Of a DNA stretch of 64,000 nucleotides, positions 28,163 through 40,737 are shown in pieces. Below the pieces are notes generated by a model, which searched no databases, was not told the DNA's origin, and worked only from the letters and a program-made list of their open reading frames with translations. The stretch lies in the NCBI RefSeq assembly GCF_009914755.1, contig NC_060934.1, one strand, 5' to 3'. Numbering within the stretch: the first letter of the stretch is position 1; the number at the start of each line of letters is the position of its first letter. This DNA comes from the human T2T-CHM13v2.0 reference genome, Homo sapiens. Made by a program: the position numbers and the translations under genes.

Positions 28163-29660
28163 TGATGAAGAAAATGGAATGCATCAGTATTTTATAGACA
28201 TTATTATTGTCAGAAATACATGCAGATTTGGACAGGGACAAATACAGAGATGAACACTATTATTAAGGCAGGACTTTTTATTTTTTAGCTTTAGTGCCTT
28301 TTAATCATATTTTCATAATATAAAATCATAACATAAATATCAGGAAAGCTAGTAATTATTATTTTGTGTGTGGACTGCCTGGCTATATTATAAACAGGGC
28401 AAAGCTTACATTTTCCTTCCTTCATTCATGCAGTCAGGGAAATACTAAGTTGCAAAATGATGACAATGATACAAACAAGTCATTTGGCCCAGAAGGCACC
28501 AGGAGCAGCTATTAATAAGGAAAACAACTTTTTCCAGCTGAGGCCGAGTTGATTAACTTATTTTCCTGGAGGAGAGATAAAGCTTAAGCTATAATTTATT
28601 GAAAATTAATGAAAATGAATTTTGGTGGCACTGGCTATCAAACTAGAATGAAAATAAGAATGTGAGTATACTGTATTAAACCAAATTTTCCTTCAGGACT
28701 CCCATATTTCTTCAGCTCTTGTACTGTCACAGAGGTTCGAATTTGAAAGCATTAATGTTGTCATTTTTTGCCAGTGGTTCTGATGGTAAATATCCACAGA
28801 GTCTTTTATCTTTAATTTCTTTTGATGTGTGTTTTTAGATCAAGCTTAGTTAGCAATTTTTAATGAGAACTTATACATCTTGGAGCTTTAGTGCTTTGTT
28901 TCAAAAGCCTGACCTTGCATTTGCTTTTTAAACAAATGTCTCAGAGCTCTTGTTGCCAAAGACTAAAATCTTGAAATTTTGGTGTGATCATTTATAAATT
29001 TCTTGATGTCCAGTTATGAGACTTTGCTAGGGGGATAACCTAGTGCTGTAACCAATGACATACTGATAGAAAAAACTTTACTGCCTTTTTGGTTGAAGGA
29101 TGCTCGTTGTTAGATCATTTTTTCCCCCAGGATCTCAATTTTCATGAATGTTCTTTCCAGCCTATCTTTAAGGTTTATTTTTATATTGCATTGCAAACAA
29201 TGCAGTATCAAATGTTTGTTGTTCACATGGATGTGGACATCAATATGAGGAAGGAAGAGCCAGACAGGCATGTGACGGTCCTCTGAAGGACCACTGATAT
29301 TACAAATGGCCTGTGAACTGGGTTCCCAGGCAGGTTCCTCAAGGAGAGACGTTGCATCCTGGCACCCAGATCCCTGGACTTAAAGATCAATGGCCTTGAT
29401 TTGTCTGAAATTACTTCACAGAGAGGATTCCTGTTAATGATTACAGATCCTTCCCAATACACTTTATTTATGGGACCCTCTCAATGAGGGGATCTCTGCT
29501 GTCTCTAGCACCGGAAAGATGCTTTCTCCAGAAGATGAATTGGCATGAACCCTACCAGGCCTGGGAGGGTAGGAGCTTCTGTAGCCTTTTCAAGTAAAAG
29601 GGAAAATCCAGACTTGCATTAGCAAAAAAATTAAAAAATTTAAAAAATGCCTGCATTTTC

Positions 29661-29962
<302 letters not shown>

Positions 29963-30034
29963 CAAAAAAATGCCTGCATTTTCATTAGTTCATGTTGGTT
30001 CCCCATTTTCAGGGGAGAGAGAAGATGAGTGGGC

Positions 30035-30225
30035 CGGTCTGACAGCCCAGATGTGAATTCTGGCATTAACATGTCTTACCAGCTTTTTGACCTTGGAGAA
30101 GGTACTGAGCATATCCAAGCTCTAGCTTCCTCATGGAGGGCATTCCCACCTTGGATTGTTACTCTAAAGATTAAAGAAGATAATACCAAATGGCTGGCAC
30201 ATTGTAGGTGCCCAAAATAGGTGAC
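30035..30225 (+). mobile_element. MIR fragment
   Basis: gtgaattctggc...cttaccagctttttgaccttggag...agattaaagaagataat...tggcacattgtaggtgccc. Confidence 0.55.
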
Positions 30226-33112
30226 CTCTGTAGGTCATCTGTATGGGGATTCTCATTTCACTAGAACGCTCCCTCAGCTCCAGTGGGAAATAGAGCTCAA
30301 ACCATTTTTGCATAGCTTAGCAGGAATTGCATGGAGTTTTTAAAATTATTTGAAAATTAGAACTTGCATTTCATTTTTTTTTTAAATCCAAATTCTGGGA
30401 CACAAATCCATAAATTCCATAAATGTTCATGCCATGCCTTGAATTGCTCATTTTATCTGCAAATGGGCTGTCTGGATTGCCTAGTGGCTCGGTGGTGAGG
30501 CTTTTATTCACCTACCAACTTAAAAGGCTGAGGAGGTATTTGAAATCTATTTTGGCATTCTGCACAGGAAGATTATTTAAATTACATTTTCATGTATGTG
30601 TGATACCTACATGAAGCCCAAAGCAAGAATTTGAAATGTGTTTTATATTCTTTCAAATATATTTTGCTTTATTTTTCATATTAGAGATGGAAAGCCTTAT
30701 TATTTTTTAAGAACTTAAAAGTAGTGTTTACAAAGTTATATAAATATAAGCTATAAAAAAGGCTTGCTGTGACCCTGTGAATTAAATGAAGAAAATGATA
30801 GAAAGAATATGAAATGTGCTTCCCATTTCAAAATTTCAAAGAAATGATAACTTATATTTGGGGTTTCGAACTTGAATATTCTATTGCAAATAAATAAAAG
30901 CCATTAGTTTCAACAGAAAAAGAAAAGAAAATGGCTTCCCTGAAAACAATTCAAAGGATTGCAACCTTGCAGGACAGAGACCAACTCTAGCATTTGTAGT
31001 ACTGGGAGAGATAAGGAATTGATGAAGTGTCAAGAGGAAAAAGAAAACAGAACAGTGGGATCATTGCACACTTTTATTGATGGAGATCTGCAGCGAGGTT
31101 CCCCCCCGCCCCGAAACTTTTATGAGTATTATAAGGCAGTGGCTGAAATTGTGATGTTCTCAGACATCTCTATAGAATATGTTCTTGGAGCAGAAAGGAG
31201 CCTCTAGGGCCTCTCCTCTCATTTGGACCATGTTCCTTTCATATCAAAAAATGTAGCTCAGAGGCTAGGCCAGGGTGAACTAAAACAAAATCCAGGTCTC
31301 CTGACGCTACATCAGCTCCCCTGCCCGTGACACCAAATGAACTGGTCCTGTCCTTTTCTCTGGAAACCACCAAGACAAAGCTTCATGTCTCCATTTAGTG
31401 ATCCTCACCACCACCCCCCATCCCCAAAATACACCACCCTGTAAAATAAAGCAAGAAAATCTCTTCCCTGTGTTCAAGCTCCTCCCCTGGCTTCACCTCC
31501 CTGAATCTTAGCACTTGGAGGGTTGCTTCCCAGTAGCAAAGTAACCTCAAAGGTAGTAACTTACTGAGTGCAAACATAGCCTGAGGACTGAGACCCTCTT
31601 TGTCCATAATTCATTTCATCTCCAAGAGAAGCCCAAGAGGCAGGTATTCTCAGCTGTTTGTTACAGAGAAAAGCTGAGGTCCAGAGGGGTTAATAAGCCT
31701 GTGCACGCAGGTCAGGAGAGGGAAGGTCAGCATCTCAGGACCTGCAGAGTGGAGAGCCTGGTCACCCCACCCTATCCCTCTCCTGAATCTCACTCTGGAA
31801 AAATGGAAGAACCAAGTGCATGGGAGGCTGACCTCAGCCAGCTGGCTGGAATGATTTAAAATGTTTTGGGTTATGATAAATGTGGAGAGAGACATCGAAA
31901 CTGATTTATCAAGAATATTAGAAAATGAAGTGCTGACATTTCCATGCCATTCAAATAGGGAGTGCTAAGGCACAGGAGAGCATTTGGCAGCAACAACCTT
32001 TTTGCTTCTGATCTCAGCTCAGCGCTGCTTTCTCTCTGCTGCTCACAATGCCCTGCTTTTCTGTGATGCATCTGGCCAGAGCCAGGGAACACGGCACTCA
32101 GTATTCCAGAGAAGAGCCACAAGATCATTTTCAGGACTGCAGAGGCTGTTGAGAGACTGTCTAATGTCACCCACCTCCTCTCCTCAAAATTGGGCCATTC
32201 TCAGCTAACCAGGTGGAAGACTTTGATCTCTATTAAGTGGGTAGGTTTTGGCAAGAACAACCTAATCATCCTGCTAGAGAGTGCATAGCCAAATTGGGAT
32301 GGGATCACCTCACTGTGCCCAGCTTTCCCCTTGGCTCTTGGAGGGGTGAGCCTGGGAAGCCAGGAAATCAGACTCTAAGCCCACACCTTCGTGATTCCTC
32401 AGCGTTTATGCACAGCTGCTGCAGCGGTGCACAATTTTCCATGTGGGTTCTTTCTGCTCTGTAACTTAAATAGTCCCTTTATGCTTCCTCTGTAATTGTG
32501 ATGCAGTATTTATTCTGTTTGGGCATTGGTAATTAGAGCAAATTCAGAGATTTCTTATCCCCTGACAGGTCTCTCTGATTCTGAGTGATTTGTCAATATG
32601 AGGACATAAGATACAGCAAGTATATCATTTCTACCCATCTAGCATCAATATTCTAGGTTAACGCAAGTCACATCACGCAAACATGTTCTGTGATGGCTTT
32701 TTATTCCTGCTGCTGGGAGAATGAGACCTTTTTCATGTTTCCAAGAGATGCTGTCATATACATTATACATACATATTAGGTATATGTGTGTCATACACAC
32801 ACAGAGTTCCAAAGCAGGACCCCAGGTTGTATGGGCTGATGAACAATTAAGCGTATATTTGAACAGCCTGAATGCCGATGAACTGTGAACCCCTCAAAGG
32901 CTGGGCCCGAATTCCTTTGACTCTCACATCCCCTCATTGCCTGGCACAGTGTCCATCACTTCAGTGATGTTTGGCAGAAACCTTCTAAATGTGTGAATGA
33001 ATGATAGGCCGGTGTGCTTGGCAGTCACACACCTTGGACTGCCTGCACCCATATTCTGGCCTGAACATTTTTAGCTGTATGAATATGGTCACTGTATTTA
33101 CAAACCATATAT

Positions 33113-33323
33113 CAGGAGTCCATAACCTATGGCTTGTGGCCCAAATCTGGCTACCACCTGTTTTTGTAAATAAAGTTTTATTGGAACACAAGTATGCCCA
33201 TTCATACAGATTCTCTGTGGGTGCTTTCAGGATACAATGGCAGAGTTGAATCATTGTGACAAAGACTGGCTGTCAATATGTATTTACTATTTGGCCCTTT
33301 GCAGAAAAGTTTGCTGACCTCTG
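33113..33323. mobile_element. MER58A DNA transposon fossil
   Basis: ggcccaaatctggctaccacctgtttttgtaaataaagttttattggaacaca...tggccctttgcagaaaagtttgctgacctctg. Confidence 0.85.
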
Positions 33324-35260
33324 CCATGTAGGAGCTGACCCTGAGCCCCTGCAGTAAACACAGATGTCCATGAGACTAAGTCCTTACCTCTTAAGTATGT
33401 GTATGTGCACATGACCTTCCATTACTTGTTGGCTATTCATTGTTTTTGGTAAAGTTGAGCAAACCTTGGTACAGGATACCACACTTCGTCTGTATTAACT
33501 CGTTCCATCCCTCAGCTCTTTCTTCCTCTCTCCCTTGTCTTGAACACCACCGTAAGCGGCACCCTCACAGAGCCCCTGAACTCAGGGGGTTCCTTTAGCT
33601 TCTTTTTTTACCACTGTGTGCCCGAGACTTGGGAGAGCTGGCCTCACACCACCAAGAAACCACCCTTTCTCAATGAGGATGAACAGAACCCCTGCTGACA
33701 GGGAACTGCCCCCATGATGGGGTGGCAGGGATGATGGGAGGTGATAAATGACTGGGTTTGCCACCCTTCCTGCAAGGTACTAGACTCTTTGGGTTGGTGT
33801 GTTACTTAGGATTTTCTGTTTTTAATCATACTCTTGCCTTTGCTCTGAATTAGTAAAGTCACAAAGCCCCGAAGCCTCAGGGTCTTATCACTACCTGCTG
33901 GTCATGTTTAAGGGCCTGGGGTCCTCTTGCTCTCTCCCCCTACCCCAAGCCTGCAGGTAACACCCAGCAAATGCTGAGGGAGGCCTGGCCCATAGAAGAA
34001 TCTGCTTCACTCTGGGCAGTGACAGATTCTGATCATGTGCTTGATATCCTCAAGTAAAGCTTCTCACGATCATTTCTGGTCTTCTCCAAATAGCAGAGTA
34101 TCATTAGGCTGTCACCAGCCAATGGACACTTCAAGAGACTAAATGTTTGGCGTAGGAAATCTAAGAGGCAAAGAGCGCTGTCGGGGTTGCCACACTGTAG
34201 TTGCTGGTGAGTTTACCCAATGAGCCACCAAGACCTACACCCCATTGGTCTGAGGATCTCCTGCCCAGGAATCCCATAGCTGCTACAGTGAATTAGCACT
34301 GTTCTAATAATTGATTGGGTTTTTTAAATCCACTGTCCCATTTGCCTTGTTCTTAGCCTTCAATGACTCCCATTAGTGACTTATTTAGGTAGCCTGTGTG
34401 ACCCTGAACTTCCCCAGAAGACACAAGCATAATACTAAGAGCTCTGAAATAAGCAGGATAATTCTTGGCATTCATGCAAGCCCGCACTGCATAAAGCAGA
34501 GTGATTTTAGTGAATTGCCCCAGTGTTTTACAAGGGACTAAAAGGCGTGATTTTGCATACTTTTTGCACATCTAACCTACTTGCAGAATTCATCCCACTG
34601 AAATGCTCGTAACAGGATATGTCCTTTATTCAGCGCCAACTGTGTGCTGGTTATAAGTGGGAGCTTTGTAGATACTGTATTTCAGTGTCTACCACCCCTA
34701 GTTGATTTCAGACAAAATTGAAGCTCACAGAGGTTAACCTGTCTCAGCCATAAACATTCTCTGCCGAAGCCATTTGGAAATCTACATAAGCAAATGAAAA
34801 TAATGAAGGAGAGTCTCTTACGAAAAATAATTTGGAAGCTACTGAGAGCGGTTGTAGCCAGTGACACAGAAATTCCTGCACAGGTTAAGAACTACAGGGA
34901 AGCACTTGCCTGACAAACTCAATAGTGAAAAGAAGTCCTATTAAAGAGATTTTACAATAAACATGTTCTAAGAAACATACATTGCCCAGGGCCATCAGCG
35001 GGATTCAAAGAATACTGGCTTCCCAAGGAGCAGGCCCATGACCCCTTTGGGCCAGGTCAGACCTTAAGTATAGTGTGGAAATGTGGGGGCAAGATTTGTC
35101 ACTTGCATTCAAACTCATGGGCTCCGAGGTGCCTGCCCTCACTAGGACTCTTCTGAATGCAGATGAAATTCTGTTGGAAGCCCCTGTATGCTTTATTGGG
35201 GTGGCAAGTGGGGAGAGGAACTGACTTTCCCCAGCTTCAAGAGTGTTCTCCAGCTCCTGA

Positions 35261-35602
<342 letters not shown>

Positions 35603-35844
35603 TCCACTGATATTTTAACTTGGTCATTTGAGTTCATTGTCGTATCATATAATAACTATGTATCAGTGTACACAGAGTGCATTTTCCTGTTTTCTTTTTT
35701 TGTTTGTTTGTTTTTTTAAACCATGAGATGCAACTAAAATACCAACTTCCCAGTTCAGATCTGGTACATAAAGTAAGCCCTGTGAATCCCTCGTTCTAAA
35801 GTCCTAGAACTTGCCCTTCAAGGGATTGGTTGGGTGCTGAGTGG

Positions 35845-35985
35845 AGCAGAGTGTTACATTTTTAGGATTTCATGAGATTGAAATTGGCCACGGTAGCAGT
35901 ATTTACACCATGGAAATCAGCAGATGCTACTTCCCTTCCCTCCAGAGCCTGTTGTTCCAGATGTCCCAGCCCAGTGCTGGCTGCC
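35845..35985. mobile_element. MER63-like (hAT-Blackjack) fragment
   Basis: ttgaaattggccacggtagcagtatttacaccatggaaatcagcagatgctac resembles MER63 as I recall it. Confidence 0.55.
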
Positions 35986-36449
35986 ACTGCTCACAGCTGT
36001 CACTCCTGGGACTCTGTGCTGTACCCAGGGTCTGGGAAGGGATGGAGAATGAGCTTGCATCTTATCTGCCTGTCTCTGAGGCTGCAGTCCTCTCCTATGT
36101 TCTGACATGGAGAAGACGGGTGGGAAATTTGAATTTCAGCCAAATTAATGACCCTGGGGCATTGAGCAAGAGGGGGCCCCATAAGGTGGCCTTGAATTTT
36201 GGAGCCCATAAGGTGGCACTTGATTCTTTGCTATCTGAGTCCAGAGGGCTCTGAGAGAGAGGAAGTGAATGTTCCCAGGAACACAACAGAGACCTGCCTT
36301 TCTACCTTCCACCGTGAGCTTGTGCTGGCAGCAACTGAACTAGGATTGATTTTAAAGTAAAACCATCCTTTGTCTTGATTTAAGGTGCCCAAGTCCTCAG
36401 ATGCTTAAGAACCAGGCACTGTGCCATGTTCTGGGATACCGGAGTGAAT

Positions 36450-36611
36450 GACATTTCGTGATGATGGAAATGTTCCGTAGCTGCACTGTCTTATGTATGT
36501 GGCTATCGAGCATTTGAAATGTGACTGCTGTGACTGTGAAGTTTCAATTGTCATTGAGTTTGAATTTCAATAGCCACGTGCAGCTAGTGGCCACTGTATT
36601 GGATAGAGCAG
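36450..36611. mobile_element. MER3-like DNA transposon fragment
   Basis: gatgatggaaatgttc...gtggctatcgagcatttgaaatgtg...aatagccacgtgcagctagtggccactgtattgga. Confidence 0.75.
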
Positions 36612-38809
36612 CTCCAGAGTTTCAGGGACAGTCTTGTGTGGCAGCCTGTGTGCCGGGCATATAGGGGATGCATTCATCACATTGGACGCCCACAAGACCA
36701 CTAAGTCCTCCCCAGACCCCTGCTCCAGCATTGCTGGCCAGCAAGATCAACACTCATGCCACTAGTGGACATCTACCCATTCAGACACACCTGCCACTAG
36801 GCTGAACACATTAGAAGGTCACCCCATGTCATTCCATCCCCTGTCTGCAGGACAGACAGTGATCTCAACTTACAGGTGAAGAAAGAAGGCACAGAGACAT
36901 ACAGCCCTTGCCCAAGCCCTCAGTGCCAGATTCCTACCCAGACATGTCTTAGTAAACTGAGAACCACACTGCTAGATGGATGGCATCTCAGAGAACCCTG
37001 AGGATCTTATTTAAAGCAATCTTCCATACTTGTTCTAAGAGGAGTGTAAGAAGGCGCTCCCATATATCGTACGGTTTTCCTTTCTTGTGTTCGTGGGTGT
37101 TCAGCCCTCTCAGGTTCTTCTTTGGGCACACACTCCTGTGAGTATGCACATTAGTGTACATATTTCATTTTACACCATTTGGTGAACTTTATTTCACCAA
37201 AGATGTTGGCATCTTTCTCTTTTGCTGTCTGGTTTAATTCACTACCAACTATATCAACATCAGTGACTGGGTCAATGTTTGACCTTTTAATTTTTTTGCA
37301 GGAATGTGGACTACTGATCAGTAAATCACTGGTCTCCCCCACCCCACGCCTGATGAGTGTTGCTTTTGGATCTGTACTGATGGAAATGGGATGAAAATGG
37401 AGATGTAAACCCAAGATTGAACAAGGCCTTTTGGAAATGTTATATGGTGTTAGATTACCTATGAATCTACTGTTAAGATTTTTGTACATTTGGCTGGCAG
37501 TTCTTTTTGCTTAAGAGCATCAAGCTGTAGACAGGCCTCCTGCACCAAGCTGGAGCAGCCAGAGCCCAGGGCAGGACCTGCCCCAGCCTCTCCACTGCTG
37601 GAGCTGGGCCTTTCACCTCAGCCTCCACCTTAAGGCAGGAGGTGTTTCCTCCCCATTCTTTGCAGTCAGCAAACTGTCTAACTCAGCCACAGCAATCCTC
37701 TTAAGGAAACTTTGTGCCCAGGTGGTTTTCTGTCCTGGAAATACATTACTTGGCTTATTTCAGGCTGGCTTCTAGCTTGCTAAACCCAGGGCTCAGGGCT
37801 CGCAGAGTGAAGGGTGCACATCACATGAGGCAACAGGGCGCTGCCTCCGATGTTACCTCCAGTACACAGGCTAGCAGGAACACAGACACTTTCAAGGGGC
37901 AATGGGCAAGAGAGGTCTCGGCAATCCAGGCGAAGTCCGATAACCCCCAGACCCAGAGTAGAACAGGCTGCTTTGTATCAGCTGAGCACATGCCGGCCTG
38001 TAGGAGGCTTCCGCACTGGGGAGCTCAAGAACTAAAACCCCACCTTTAGGTCATTTGTTTTTAAAGATGCTGCTGCACAGTTTAAACTTCAAAACATGAA
38101 GTGCAAGATGGTCTTATCAACGCAATAAAGTACTGGCCGTGAAGTTAGTATCATTCTTTCTGCAGCCCCACTGGACACATAGGGCAGCCCGTGGGGAAGG
38201 GCATCTGTCTCCTAATCATATACAGTCAGGACTGGTCTCACAATGCCCATTGCTTCTTTGGGTTCCAGGTACAGAATGGAAAACACACTGTCTATGATGT
38301 AAAGCCTTGTACAGTCCTGAATACCAATATTATTTCAATTATTTATTATAAGCAAGTCAGCATTTACTTTTCCAAATGTCACATGAAATTTCCTTTCTCT
38401 TCCTAATACGATTCCTAAGAGGCCTGTGGCCTCTTCTCTTCCTGATTCTCTTCTTATTTAGAATAGATATTTTGGACTGGCATATGTTGTTATACATTAT
38501 CAATATCATAAACCTTTAGCCCTAGCAGAATAAAAGGAAAGGTCTATCAATTCATTCTAAGCATAGGTATGGTTTGAATTCAAGGCCAGAAAGATGAACA
38601 TTAACCAGAAAGCGTATCGTGCAGGATGCAGTGACGTCTAGTATCATAAAATAATCTGCGACCCCTTGGAGCTCGCCACGCCCTTAGACTATGACCTGTT
38701 TACGGAAATGCTGGCTTTAGTCTCATTACAGACTTGGGTTTGGGGCTACAGATGGACTCTGTGGTGATCAGCCTGCATAGCTTCCTAAGACATGGGTGAA
38801 CATACATAC

Positions 38810-39993
38810 CCTTCCCGATGGGCCTCTCCTTTTTCCAACTCCTGAATGACCCCCAAGAGCACTTTGATGGTTTCTTGGCTTGAACTGATCAAGTTCTCCA
38901 TCATCTGAAGTTGTGCTTTGAGGTCGACCACTTCCGTATGAGGCACGATTCGTTGGCATTCTTCACCTGCAGCAACCGCTGTGGGACTAGGCTGGTTCCC
39001 CAGCCCCGGCGGGGTGTGAGTCTGCGACGGCTGCTCACTACATTCGGGGGACAGGCACTGCATCGGGGGTGAGCAGGCCAGGGCAGTTTCCGAGGGCGCC
39101 TGGAGCCCGTTGAGATGTGTGGCTCTCCTCCGCTCGTCATCTGCCGGGCAGAGTGACCACTGGCTGGCGGCTGCAGAGTCTGACAAACCAGGCTCGGGGG
39201 CCCTGGCACTGAGGGCAGGTGCGTAAACGGTGGCAACCTCCGTTTTAAACACCCTCCTGAGGGCAGGTGGAGCGGGCTCCTCGGAGTTTGGCCTCCCCCG
39301 GTCCTGCTTGGCCCTCCCGAGCAGCTGGTAATCGGGCTCTTCGGATGGAGGCCGAGTGGAGTTTTGGAGCGCAGCTTCTCCATAGCTGAGCGGCTCCGGG
39401 CTTTTACAGGGCTCTGTGCAGTTGACCCCCAAAGGCTGGTCCACTGTGTTCATGTGTTGGTTGGAATGGAAAACCAAGGCTGTGGTCTTGTGCACCCGCC
39501 CCGCGCCACATGGCCGGGCCTCCTCCATGGGTCCAGCCTCGTTCTTCTCTTTCGCATCTGTTAGAAACCCATTGTTTTGGCTTTTAAAGGGATCTGCAGC
39601 TGGGAGGCTTTTGAGGTTCCCCTTTTTGCGGTCCAGAGGGAACGTCTGGTAACACTTCTTAAGGTCGGGCGAGGTCTGCACGCCTGTGCTCTTGGTGACG
39701 TTGGGGATGGACCTGCGTGCGGGCACTGTCATGTATTTGCGGTAGGCTGCTCTGCAGGACACGGGCTTGGCCTCCCGCTTCTCCCCCAGCTGGCCCGAGG
39801 ACAGCTGTGTGTCCCTCTGCTCATTCTGTGCCTCGCAGATATCCTTAAACCGCACCTGCAGGGCTTTGTTCCGTTTTTTAATCTGCCGGTTGGGGTCCAG
39901 GGCGTATTTCATCTCCAGGGCCAGGCAGGCGGCGGGTTCCACTTCACTCTCCGACGTTGTGAGTATGCATTTGCCGGTGTCCTTACTGACCAT
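38810..39993 (-). CDS. INSYN2A: INSYN2A first coding exon (aa 1-395, MVSKDTGKCILTTSESEVEP...ELEKGEAHREG); the exon starts at 39998 with 5 nt of UTR
   Basis: Lies in the 420-aa ORF 38785-40047, whose sequence I recognise as FAM196A/INSYN2A. ATG at 39993 is in a strong Kozak context (gaaccATGG), just after the acceptor ctgtttctgaatgcAG (40000-39999). Donor GG|GTATGT at 38809. 1184 coding nt, ending in phase 2. Confidence 0.96.
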
Positions 39994-40418
39994 GGTTCCT
40001 GCATTCAGAAACAGCAACAGAGGTGTCAGTGGGACAGAAATACACACTCCAGCACCGGCCGCACAAACTTTTAGCCACCACGACGACTGCCTGTTTCCTA
40101 ATTATATTTAAGCAGGTGAGGTCGGCCTTTATGTTAAGGAAAATCACACGGGCTGAGAGTCGCTGGCAGCACAGCTTGAAATGCTTCTCAGATATTAAAG
40201 CCTGCTTGCTTTTCCAGGTGGGATACACTCGCTTTCCTTTTGACAGTAATGCATGTTTCCCCATTAGACAAACCTGTTTTACTACATTCATCAAGAAACC
40301 CAATGATGCTGCCTCTTCTGCTTTGCAAATTATCTTTTCACACGCGTGACTCCCCTTCTTAGGCAGATGGTTTACCAAGTGCTACTTATTTGGTTTGCGT
40401 TTTGACTATTTTTTGAGG

Positions 40419-40428
40419 ATGACGTCAT
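40419..40428. promoter_or_regulatory. Full palindromic CRE (ATGACGTCAT)
   Basis: Perfect 10-bp palindrome with its CpG retained, in the short intron upstream of the coding exon. Function not shown. Confidence 0.4.
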
Positions 40429-40474
40429 TAATCTATTGCTGGAATCTGGGAGAGCTGCTGTTTTAAAGACTTAC

Positions 40475-40737
40475 TGGAGCTGCCACGTCTCGAGCAGATA
40501 AATGTGGAGAGCCCTCCGAGGAGGAACGGAAAGAAATCTATTTGCGTGAGCCGTTATGGATTCCGGGGGAGAGTTGGCCGTGCTCCTGGGTGGGAACCGT
40601 GAAGGAGAAGTCGTCGAGGGGTGGTCGCTTCTCATGGGTTAACATCAGCTCTAAAAGGAACGTGGGTTTCCCTGCATCTACAAAGGCCATGTTTGCAACT
40701 CCTTTTATTCCATGGAGAGTGGTACTGGAAAATAATT
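40475..40737 (-). other. INSYN2A: Probable INSYN2A 5' UTR exon 3 (263 nt)
   Basis: Long U-tract acceptor tttcttttatttttttttttaAG (40739-40738) and strong donor CCA|GTAAGT (40474). CpG-retaining unique sequence, leaving a 476-nt intron before the coding exon. Confidence 0.7.

Noticed and set aside
39843-39870. PP1-docking RVxF-like KALQVRF in INSYN2A
   Set aside because: There is no basic residue at the required -1 or -2 position before V, so it does not fit the strict consensus.
39994-40047. N-terminal extension MCISVPLTPLLLFLNAGT of the 420-aa ORF, which looks like a signal peptide
   Set aside because: It begins at a non-ATG codon and is mostly the intronic polypyrimidine tract and acceptor. 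The real start is ATG 39993.
40376-40650. Alternative boundaries for UTR exon 3 (ttccttttAG at 40651; TTG|GTAAAC at 40375)
   Set aside because: Both are weaker than the 40737/40475 pair. They may be minor sites but cannot be supported.
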